Source of the DNA: Octopus vulgaris
Lineage: Eukaryota
Assembly (NCBI GenBank): GCA_951406725.2
Contig: OX597841.1
Span: 12,214,001-12,278,000 of the forward strand
DNA length: 64,000 bases
Direction: 5' to 3'
This document shows positions 40,101 to 51,547 of this stretch, piece after piece. Under the pieces are notes generated by a model that searched no databases, had not been told where the DNA came from, and worked only from the letters and a program-made list of their open reading frames with translations. The translations under genes were made by a program, and so were the position numbers. Position 1 is the first letter of the stretch. Every line of letters starts with the position of its first letter.

Positions 40101-43100
40101 ATTCATAGAGATTAGTGACAGGAAACTCATAGTTTGTTTCTTCTTCAGCAGTGAGTAAAGGGGGCACAGAATCAATTGAAGGGTCTTTAGCAGATTTCTA
40201 GAAAAACAAAAAAACAATGGTAAAATGTCTAATGACTGGGCTGACAAACAAAGAATTATTATGACTGATGTACAGGGATGAGCTAGGATTGAGCTACAAG
40301 GGCCAGATTACATGCCTTTTAAGGGCCTCATTCTATTATCTTTAGTTTTCAATTTGGGCCACTTACTGCTTCAAGGGGGGAGGGATACTTCACTCTATTT
40401 TTCTACTGGAAACTCATATTTTCATCCAATCAATAAAATTTAGAAAGAAATTAAATGAATTTAGTTTTGCTGTTCTTAAATTCTTTGATTCTCATTCAAT
40501 ATTTGATGTACCATGTTTAAAAAAAGTACTAATCACAAGGAAACAATAATTATTTGGGAATGAAATGACTTGATAGAGTAATTAACCAATGGCAATCATT
40601 AATTTATAGATTGAAAACAGCCAGTAATGAGCAATTCCACAGGCTTTTATTTCCTCCTGAAATCCATTGCATTATTGATTACATACAGCTGATTATCTCA
40701 TACAAAAGCAAACCACAATATTACCAATTACATTTTTTATGTTCTGAACAAACTGTTTAAGTAATGATTACACTTGTGTTTTAATGTTTTAATATTTGTT
40801 CAATATTTCCTTCAATATAAAATTGAAATACTGCTTAATATTAATTCTAAACCAAAAATAATTAAAAGTTTCTTCCATTGACATTCACAGAATTGTAACA
40901 CCAGTGGCCCCCAGTATATCTGTAGAGAGTGGATTCATCAGAGACAAGTTTCACTGATGTATATTTATTTATACATCTTGAAGATCTAATTGTTTTAGTG
41001 TATTTTTTCTTAATTTAGTTAGTAAGGGACATCTGGCTACTATGTAGATGCTCCCTGGTATGGTAAGGTAAACTAATTATTGTTAACAGCAGTTAATCAC
41101 AATTGACAAAGCAAAGTATTTATTAAGTTCTCGACTACAGGTATCTGCATTTATCACCAAATATTTAATTCCACAAATGATAAGTTGTTTTGTTAGACTG
41201 AAACTAAGCACTCTTCTGTATGAGAAACAAGTCTAGAAAGCACTTCCTGTCAGGTGACAACTTGTTCACACCACGGATGTTTATTTTTGAGATTTATCCA
41301 ATTAATTTCTCCAATTCTTGAGCTTAATGTTCGTTAACACCTCTAACAGTGAGTCAGAATTTGGTGATATTTATTAATCATTTATAACTTTATTTATGAT
41401 TTATTAAGAAATTGATGACCAGTAATTAATATCTTGTAAATATAAGTGAAAATACCTAAAACACCTACATGTAATGAACTTACCTGTATTCAGCCCTACC
41501 TGGGCAGGTGAGGGTAACATGACAACAGGTAAACTCTGCACTCGCACTGTACACCAACAATTATTTTATTGTATTAACAAGTTTCATTGAAATTCATGCA
41601 ATAATTTATACATTTTGATGCTGCTAGTAGGGTGAGGGTTGGAAACGAGTACAGTGAAGAATTCCGGGTAGTGGTAGGGGTCCACCAAGGCTCAGTACTC
41701 AGCCCCCTCCTATTTATCATAGTCCTCCAGGCAATAACGGAGGAATTCAAGACAGGATGCCCTTGGGAGCTCCTCTATGCTGATGACCTTGCTCTAATTG
41801 CTGAGTCGCTATCAGAACTGGAGGAGAAGTTTCAGGTGTGGAAACAAGGATTAGAATCGAAGGGCCTCAAAGTCAATCTAGCTAAAACCAAAGTCGTAAT
41901 CAGTAGGAAGGTAGACAAATCACAAACGCCTTCAGGTAGATGGCCCTGCTCGATTTGTAGAAAAGGTGTAGATAGAAACTCTATAAGATGCACCAAGTGT
42001 AAGCTATGGACACATAAGAGGTGCAGCAATGTCAAAGGAAGGCTAACTAGGAAGATGGTTTTTGTATGTGGCAGATGCTCAGGAACAATAAACACTGAAA
42101 ATGCTCTGAGACCAACTTCCGTCACTTTCCAGGGAGAAAAACTAGAAATAGTTGATAGTTTCCGTTACCTAGGTGACCAAGTCAGCAGTGGGGGCGGGTG
42201 TGCTGAAAGTGTAACTGCTAGAGTAAGAATAGCTTGGGCAAAGTTCAGAGAGCTCTTACCTCTGCTGGTGACAAAAGGCCTCTCGCACAGAGTGAAAGGC
42301 AGACTGTATGATGTGTGTGTACGAACAGCCATGCTACATGGCAGTGAAACATGGGCCGTGACTGCTGAGGATATGCGTAAGCTCGCAAGAAATGAAGACA
42401 GTATGCTCCGATGGATGTGTAATGTCAGTACTCATACTCGGCAGAGTGTAAGTACCTTGAGAGAAAAGCTGGACCTAAGAAGCATCAGTTGTGGTGTGCA
42501 AGAGAGACGTTTGCGCTGGTATGGTCATGTGGCGAGAATGGATGTAGATAGTTGTGTGAAAAAGTGCCACACCCTAGCGGTTGAGGGAACCTGTGGAAGA
42601 GGCAGACCCAGGAAAACCTGGGACGAGGTGGTGAAGCACGACCTTCGAACTTTAGGTCTCAATGAGGAAATGACTAGAGACCGAGTCCTCTGGAAGTGTG
42701 CTGTGCGCGAGAAGACCCGGCAGGACAAGTGAGTCCATAACCCGTGGCCTTCTACATGTGATGGAGCCAGCCTACGTATGCATACCTTCCCTTCTTGGGA
42801 CACAAAACTCTACTTGTGAAGACCTGTTGAGGCAAGTGAGGATCAGAATCGAAATCGATCAATGGAAATTGCAGATGTGTTACCAGTGCCGGTGGCATGT
42901 AAGAGAACCTTCCGTTTCGCGACCGTTGCCAGCACCGCCCCGTTTCGTGTCCGTTGCCAGCCTCGCCTGGCCCTCGAGCCGGTGGCACATAAAAAGCACC
43001 ATCCGTTCGTGGCCGTTTGCCAGCTCTGTCTGGCACCTGTGCGGGTGGCACGTAAAAAGCACCCACTACCCTCTCGGAGTGGTTGGCATTAGGAAGGGCA

Positions 43101-44454
43101 TCCAGCCGTAGAAACACTGCCAGATTTGACTGGGCCTGATGAAGCCTTCTGGCTTCACAGACCCCAGTAGAACCGTCCAACCCATGCTAGCATGGAAAAC
43201 GGACGCTAAACGATGATGATGATGATGATGATGATTTTCATTCTGGACAAATTACATTTCATCCAAGTGAAAAGCACCCAGTCCACTCTGTAACGTTGCC
43301 GGTATTAGGAAGAGCATTGAACCATATGAATGATGCCAAAACACAGTGGAGTTTAGTGCAGTCCTCTTGTTTGCCAGCTCCGGTCAAATTGTCCATCTCA
43401 TGCCAACACGGAAGACAGACGTTAAATGATGATGATGATGATGATGATTACAAGAAAGGCACGAGTGGACTTTAAGGGTAGAGAATATTCATAATTTCAA
43501 ATAAATTGATTGTTTATCAATATATTGATAACATAGGAAGGATTTATTCCAACAGACACGACTGTAGGATAATTTTGCTTACCAGCTACATGGTTCTGGG
43601 TTCAGTTCCAAGCGTCTTCTACTACAGCCTTGGGCCGACCAAAGCCTTGTGAACAGATTTGTAGACAGAAACTGAAAGAAACCCAGCACACACACCTTCA
43701 ACTGACAACTGGTGTTGGTGTATTTATATCCCTGTATTGTAGCAGTTCAGCAAAAGAGATTGATAGAATAAGTATCAGGTTTTAATTAAAAGAAAAAGAG
43801 TTAAATTGCTTGAGTAAGATTCTTCAAGGTGGTTCCCCAATAAAGCAACAGGAATAATAACCAAATAACAGCCTTAACCCTTTTGCTAGCAGATTTCTGT
43901 TGCAATCCAAGACTTTTGATTCAATAAAATTTCAAAATAATGAAAAATTTTAATTAAATAACCTTTGCCATAATTAAGGTGGTGTTTGGAACATCAATTA
44001 ACATAGAATTTTGATGGAAGGTTTTAATTAAGATTTCTGCAAGAGAGGAGGTTTGTATCACAGAACCAGAGGTGGCCTCAGTCGTGTTGCAAGTGAAAGG
44101 ATTTCATTTCCAAATTTTACTTCTGTCTCATTACACCAACCCATCCACCTCACCCACACACACACACACACACATGTTTGGAAATTTTGTAATGATCAGG
44201 TACCCTAACAGGATGACAGATGTTTGATGAAACAGAACTGACTGCAGAGGGCAGCACCATATCACATAACCTGCACAACAACATTCACCACACTTCAGTC
44301 ATCTTGATAGAAACAACAGTCAGATCACCCTCGTATGTGATTATTAAGAAAGAGAATGAGGAAAGACTTTGAACAGAGAAAACTTACATAGGTAGGATGG
44401 TCATGGCAGGAAGGGTTTCAACCACAGACAATCATGATTGACTTGAAGTTAAGC

Positions 44455-44494
<40 letters not shown>

Positions 44495-44712
44495 GGAGGC
44501 ACATGTGTCAGTGTGGTGGTGCTGAAATTTGGTTACTATTTCTACCAGGTCCAGGTACCATGTAGAAGTCTCTCATTAGCTCATACACACACAGATAAGA
44601 AAGTAGGGTGCGATTAGAGGGTGATTTGGCAGCTATTTCTACGATATCTAGCTACCACATCCATTTCTTTTGTTGATTTGGGTGTTCTGCAGTGGTGGTG
44701 ATAGTAGTAGTT

Positions 44713-44767
<55 letters not shown>

Positions 44768-46560
44768 AAGAGAGTGAGCAGAGAGAAACAACTTAGATTT
44801 CTCTGTTATTACATAGCACTGCCCCTGCCCCTGCCAACATCCTGGGTTTATATTTATAACTTGTAGATAGCATCTGGTGGTGGAGGGAGTGGTTGAGCAG
44901 CAGCAGCAGATGATGATGATGATGGTAGTTGTTAGATGCTCTGCCCCCTCACCATCACATGTACTCTTAGGTCAATGACTTAGACATTCTATAAATATTG
45001 TTGTTCTTGGTGGTGTATATGATCCAACAGACTTATTACAATTAAAAGCAACCCAGCCATGACAATCCAGTCATTTTCACAGGTATCTAGGAAATTCATT
45101 ATCCAGGACTGTGTTTACTTCACAAAACTGGCATGGTTGTGATTCGAGGGAGACTGGACTGTTATTTCTAGTGAAACAGCCACAGACAAGCCCTCCCTCT
45201 CCCCTTCATTGGCTTATGTTCAACAAGTGGGTTTCAAATGCATTAATGCTAAAGTGTGTGTAAACAAACACAGGAGGAATTACAACAGTGTTTCGTGGTC
45301 TGCTACCACAACAGCTCCTTTATAGGATCCAGTTAGCTCAAGACATCGTCAGGAGGAACCACGTCCAGTTTCGGGCCCCTATTCCTCTACCGTTTTGACG
45401 TGGTGGGGCCCCTATTTCGGAGGTGTCTTCAGCTCTGGTGTTGGGTGCATGTCTTCTTTCTTCTGTTCCCTGGCCTCTTCGATGTATCGTCAGCGAGTGT
45501 CAGCCGGTGACTGACTGTCTTGTCAAATTTCTCCCTTTAAATACTTGCCGCATAGGCTCCAGCAGGCAGCCCCAGCAAGTTGTCACATGACACTGTCTCA
45601 CCTTAACTGACTAGTGAAGGCACATAGTTTTAGCCCACGCATTCTCTAAACGACCGTCACCTGTCAGTCAGCTTGTCTCACCTAATGATGTTATTTCCTG
45701 TCGGCGTGTTTAAGACTTTCAAGCCATTTTCGGTCTTCCCGCTTCAGCCATATATAGAATCTGGCTTTTTCGACCGCCTCCTGTACTCTCCTTATTAGGT
45801 CACGCAGCTCGAGGCTAGAAAAAACAAATCTTCTTTTGAAAAGCGCTGACATTTTCCTTTCAATGAAGCCTCTAGCCCCCACTGCCAGGTGATAATATTC
45901 GACATTCCATCCCTGTTCTCTGCATTCTTCGATTAGCTTTTCATACCTCTTCTCCTTTCGTTCCTCTGCATTGCCAGTGTTCTCTTCCCAAGGTACTGTT
46001 AGTTCTAGTAAAATTCTCATTCTCTGGTCTCTGTTCCATAGAACTAAATCCGGTCTTTTTGTTGTTTTTATTAGTGGAAATATTACTTGTCTTTCCAAGT
46101 CCGTGGCCACCTCCCAGTATCCCTTCATCTTTCGTCTATCTCATATACTATACTTGTATGCCTGGTTTTATATCCTTTTACCTCCTTGTGGAAGTATACT
46201 TTCCTGCACTTTTCTACTTTTGGGTACTCTCCCCGATTGTACCTCTCGATCTTATCCTTGAGTGCTGCGCTTATGATGCCGAGGACTTGATTATGCTGAC
46301 ATGTATATCTTTCTAGTGCTAGTCGGCAACCTGACAGAACATGTCTAACCATCACTTTCTCTCCACATCTACACACATCGGTTGTTTTTATGTTCCACCG
46401 GAGTAAGTTCGCCGGTGAGGGTAGAACGTCAAAGGTAGACTTGATCAAGAAGGATGTTCTTGCTTGTTCCCAAGCCCAAAGTTCCTTCCATGATATTCTG
46501 CGGTTGATCACATATTCCTCCCGCACGTGCACACTCATATTTTATTTCTTTATCACTTTA

Positions 46561-46595
<35 letters not shown>

Positions 46596-49500
46596 ATACA
46601 TATTTATGTAGCATGTTTTTCAAACAGGAAGATTACTAGTCTGATTTGTAAAGCTTTATATATGATTAGCAGTGAGATTTGGTTGGAATGCAGCTCCCAG
46701 ATGCCAGCCACTGAGGAGACAGGGCATGTTGAAATCATGCGATCTGGCAGTTCTGGTGCCTGTAGCAGATGATCTTTGTCTGCCAGCAATAGAAATATGT
46801 GTGCTTTTAGGCACCATTTGTCCATATGAGAGACCCTTTCATGGTAAATAACACAGTACTCAGTATTCTAGTAATAAATTCAAGTTAAGTTGGCTATAAA
46901 GATTGACTTGTAGATTTGAATATTTAAGGGGAAAGAAAGTCGATTTATCAACTCCAAAACATAACTGGTATTTTATTTGATTAGCCCGGAAAGGATGAAA
47001 GTTTAAACTGGCCACAGCTGGATTTGAACTCTCTAACCTTTCTGATATCAAACACCTGAGGACTACCTTTGATTCTATGTAACAAATTAGCAGTTTTACT
47101 GTCATCTTAATTAAAACCTTCCATCGAAATTTCACATTAATTAATGCTCCAAACACCAGATTAATTATGATAAAAATATTTTACTAAATTCTTCCTCATT
47201 TTCAACATTAAAACAAAAACAATGAATTTCAACTGAAATATTTTAAGAAAAGGATTAACCCTTTAATGTTTAAACCGGCCATATCAGGCTAAAATTGTCT
47301 TTCTGTTATAAGCTCAAACCAGCAAGCTCTGACCTCTCACACCTACCCTACAAAGTCATTCTAAAAATAAACAGGGACATCATCAAAATCCTAGAGTTAC
47401 AAGATGCTGTACAATTAATTTAAAACAATGTGATTAAACAGGCTTTACATTTGACAGAGTAATCTGAATGCTAAAGGGTTAAATTACAGAAAAACAGTTT
47501 CTGCTGCCTGTTGTCTGTTCATGTTATTTATTTCACATTATATTCTTCCTGTGGGGCAGAGCAACACTGGCCAGACATGACAAAAGGGTGCAATGAAAGA
47601 ACCAGTGCCTTAGAAATTCCAAACTGATTTCTGTTTTCCTTGTTGCAACCAATTGTGTGTAAACTGATGGAAAGCTTAAACTGGCCACGGCTGGATTTGA
47701 ACTCTCTAACCTTTCTGATATCAAACACCTGTATTGTCATTTCGTATCGTATGCCTCAACCACATTCATGAAACTACAACAAAAATCTTCCCTATTAAGC
47801 ACAAGATCTCCAGCTTCCTTGCTACTCTTATCCAACCAGCTCTTGATATTGTCCGCCCATTGCCTTCTTAGCATGACTCTTCATATACTACACTCTACTA
47901 TTTCCTCTATGACCATCTTTTCCAGACCTTTCTTCCTTTGACCACAGCCATAGATGATCAGCCTCTCTTTTCCCCACAATGTTCCGGAGTTGCTGTCTTT
48001 CATTGCTTGTGGTTGTAACACAACTAATTTGTCCTTCTGTTGTTGGTCCTAGATTGGAGGGGAGGACTCACTGAGCAATCATAGACAGCAAACTGACAGA
48101 GTTGTTACAACACTGACCATAATACCATAACATGTTCAGGTTTCTTGAATTTCGGGTTCAAATCCTGCCATAGCGTACTTGACATTTTGTCCTTCAAGAG
48201 TTAGTAAAATAAAACAGCAATCTAGAGTGATAGGTTGCAAGAGTTGTTACTGCACTGGACGAGGTGCCTTACACTTTCGATTTCAGATCTTTGCATTGTG
48301 AGATGGTGTGTTTTGTGGCTACTGAGTTGTTTTGACTCTTATTTCTAGCGATACTGGTGCCGATTAGTGCCCTTGTTCACTTTAGTGTATATATATATAC
48401 ACACACACACACACAAGGGTATTTGAGGACACTAAGATGTCAGTATATTACTCTCTTCAAACCAATTAAAAGGTTTTAATTTCTTTCGGGTCCCCCATGG
48501 CAGATAAAATGCTAACACCAGAAACAAAAAGAGATGCAGTCGTTGCCAAATGTGCAGATTAAAGCAATTTAGAAATTGTCAACTTTCGCAATGTTGGAAA
48601 ATCTTCAGATGGAATTGAAAGCCTCTGACAGGAATGTTTCCATTGCATCAAAGAGAAAAAAGGAAAAAATATTGTAAACATTCGAAGACAATAAGGACAC
48701 CCCCATTCATCCAATATTGATGATAATCCCAGAAAATCAATGATGACCATCACCAAAGAACTTCAAGTGTCGGAGTGAATTGTAAGAACTGAGGACATTT
48801 GATAGAAATTGTATGAACTGATGAAAAGCCAATTCATGTCTGCAAAGACACAAGAAAACCATTTGATTGGTGCCAAGCGTTTATTTAGATTAAAATCCTT
48901 GACGAATATGGCATGTTTTGGCTCTTCTCAGATGAGGAAAACTTCGATCAAGACTGAAAGTCTAACAGGAGAAATGACAGATGGTTATGTGCTGACCCCT
49001 CTGGTGCACACTAACTTCTAGGGTCAAGAAAGAAACACTGGCATAGATTTAGTCTGTAAGTCATGCAGGGGTCAGTGTTTTTTCCACAAAGGAGAAAGGG
49101 CAGTCTCAAAGGACAGTTATATACTCAAGCCACATTGAGAATGGAATTAGCAGAAGTTAAAGAAACAATCATATACAATGCAGCCATTAGTAAAAAATAT
49201 GCATTTTTTTTTTTTGCATTCCATGTGATAGTCTTTTCAAAAAGTTAACACTATTAACAACGCTGATTGTGGAGTGTTCATTGATGCCTATTTCAAATAT
49301 ATCATTTGAGATGTCTTCATTTTCCTTTCCCCATACACAATAGTTTGAGAGAATGAGATCTATCTATCATCATAATCATCCTCATTATGAGTTACAAGAG
49401 GCTTGTTGTGGAAGTGTTCCTCTGTTGGGGGCCCTTTCTATTGCCAACCTTGGCTTCCTGCTGTTCTTCACATGGTGAACCCAACATCCAACTATTGTTG

Positions 49501-50970
49501 TTGCTGACAGGAGACACAAACATGCTGTTGCTCAAACAATATCACACATGGCCATAATACTCACATCAACACATACACACACACATATATATATGACAAT
49601 CAATACAGAGACTTGCAAATACATAAACAAACATATATACATGGATGTATATGAGGTTGGGCTGGAAGTTTATTGGCTGGTTATGAAGGAGTGATGCTAG
49701 AGCTGTGAAATCTTGAATGTATTAATTTCTCCTCTCTTGTTATTCATAACTGCATTGTTTCTTTCCAGGTAAACTGACATCTGACTGTTCAAAGACATCA
49801 GATGTAACTAGTAACAACTTCTCTTGAAAATGGACAAAATTTGGCATTTTGGTCTTATCAAGTACCAGCAGAAAAAGGGTTTAGACCCCCAAAGACGTTC
49901 ATACTAACATGGTTGCTACATTAGGTGATGGACACTCAAACTTTATCAACAGTGCAAAAGGGGACAGCTGAATTTAGGAGAGAAAAGGAGAGTCTTGAAA
50001 ATGACCCAATGTCAGGACATCCTGAAATGGCCACCGCCAAGGTAAACATTGATCATGTTCACCACATAGTGATGGATAACAAGCGATTGATTATAACTCA
50101 AATAGCCAATGCTGTTAGCCATATCCTGTGAGGGAGTAGAGAATATTCTGCACAATGAACTTGGCATGATGAAGGTTTCTGCTTGGTGGGTGCCACATCT
50201 TCTGACATCTGACCAAAAGTGCACCAGGCCAATCACATCATGGGAAAATTTGACAGGGAACATCCAGCTGGTTTTCTTGAATGTTTCCTAATGCAGGGTG
50301 TGTGTTGGGTTCATTACTTTGAGCTAGAGAGACAACGAGACAATCCGTGCCATAGAAACACCTCTCCTCACCTGCTCCAAAAAAGGTCAAGGTCGTTTCA
50401 CCTGCAGGGAAGCTGATGGCCTCAGTTTTTGGGGATGCAAAAGGCATTGTGTTTATTGACTATTTTCAAAAGGCCCACATTATTAATGGAGAGTGCCATG
50501 CCAACTTGTTAAGGCATTTACAAAAGGCTATGAAGACCAAACAGCCAGAAAAACTAACAAAAGGGGTCTTGTTTCATCTGGACAATGCCCCAGCACATAA
50601 ATCCTTGGTTTCGATGGCTGTTGTGCATGTTTGTGTCTTTGAACTGGTTGTTCATCCTCCCTATTCTCCTTATTTGGCCCCTATCTGACTATCATCTGTT
50701 TGCCAACAGCAAAAACACTTGGCTGGGAACCAGTATTGCAGGGATGATGATGTTGTTTGTGCTGTTGATGACCTTTTTTTGACCAGCAAGATGAATGCTT
50801 TTTCATCAATCAGATCCAAACAGTGCAACATCATTGGAAGAAGGATGGGCACAACAAGGGAGACTAGGTTGAAAAATAGACCTCATTTGGTCGAATTCCT
50901 TGAGAATATCTTGGTCATCCTATGAACTATTCAGCCAACTCTTGTACATTCATGTATATGTGTGTGTATA

Positions 50971-51037
<67 letters not shown>

Positions 51038-51514
51038 TTGACTAATAATTTTCCTTGAATATTTTCTTTTCTTATCTTAAACTTTGTACATTCTTTAACC
51101 ATCTTAACTAATAAGATTTGTCTGAAATAATGTTAGTTAAATATTTATTCACAGAGGCAACATGGCTGAGTTCCTTTCGAGCGTTGGGCTTCACAAAGGC
51201 AATGAACAAGACCTTTGGCAATAAGTCATGCTTGAGAAGAAGATCCATCAAGCCAAGCAAAATCACAGTTGCAGCAGATACTGGTGTCATGCAAATTGGC
51301 ACATAAACGCACCCCAGTGTCACGCAAAAGGCACTCATGCCAGTGGCAGATAAAAGCACCCATTACACTCATGGAGTAGTTGGCATTAGGAAGTGCATCC
51401 AGCTGTAGAAAACCATGCCAAATCATGCCTTCCAGCATGCCAGCCCAGTCAAATTATCCAACCCATGCCAGCATGGACAACAGATGTTAACTGATGATGA
51501 TGATGATGATAAGG

Positions 51515-51547
<33 letters not shown>

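Noticed and set aside
45270-45325. Possible second hammerhead at the HERO-like 3' end (CUGUU-GUGGU-agcag-ACCAC-GAAAC)
   Set aside because: No complete CUGANGA box and no consistent helix I or III in either topology.
45414-45433. CUGAAGA-CACCUCC-GAAA read as a standard hammerhead
   Set aside because: No helix II between the boxes. AGCU-G-AAGACA is better explained as pairing with UGUCUU-G-AGCU downstream.
46995-47730. 60-bp direct repeat (about 46999-47057 and 47672-47730) as LTRs
   Set aside because: No TG...CA ends, PBS or PPT; it looks like a duplicated SINE-derived B-box segment around two MITEs.
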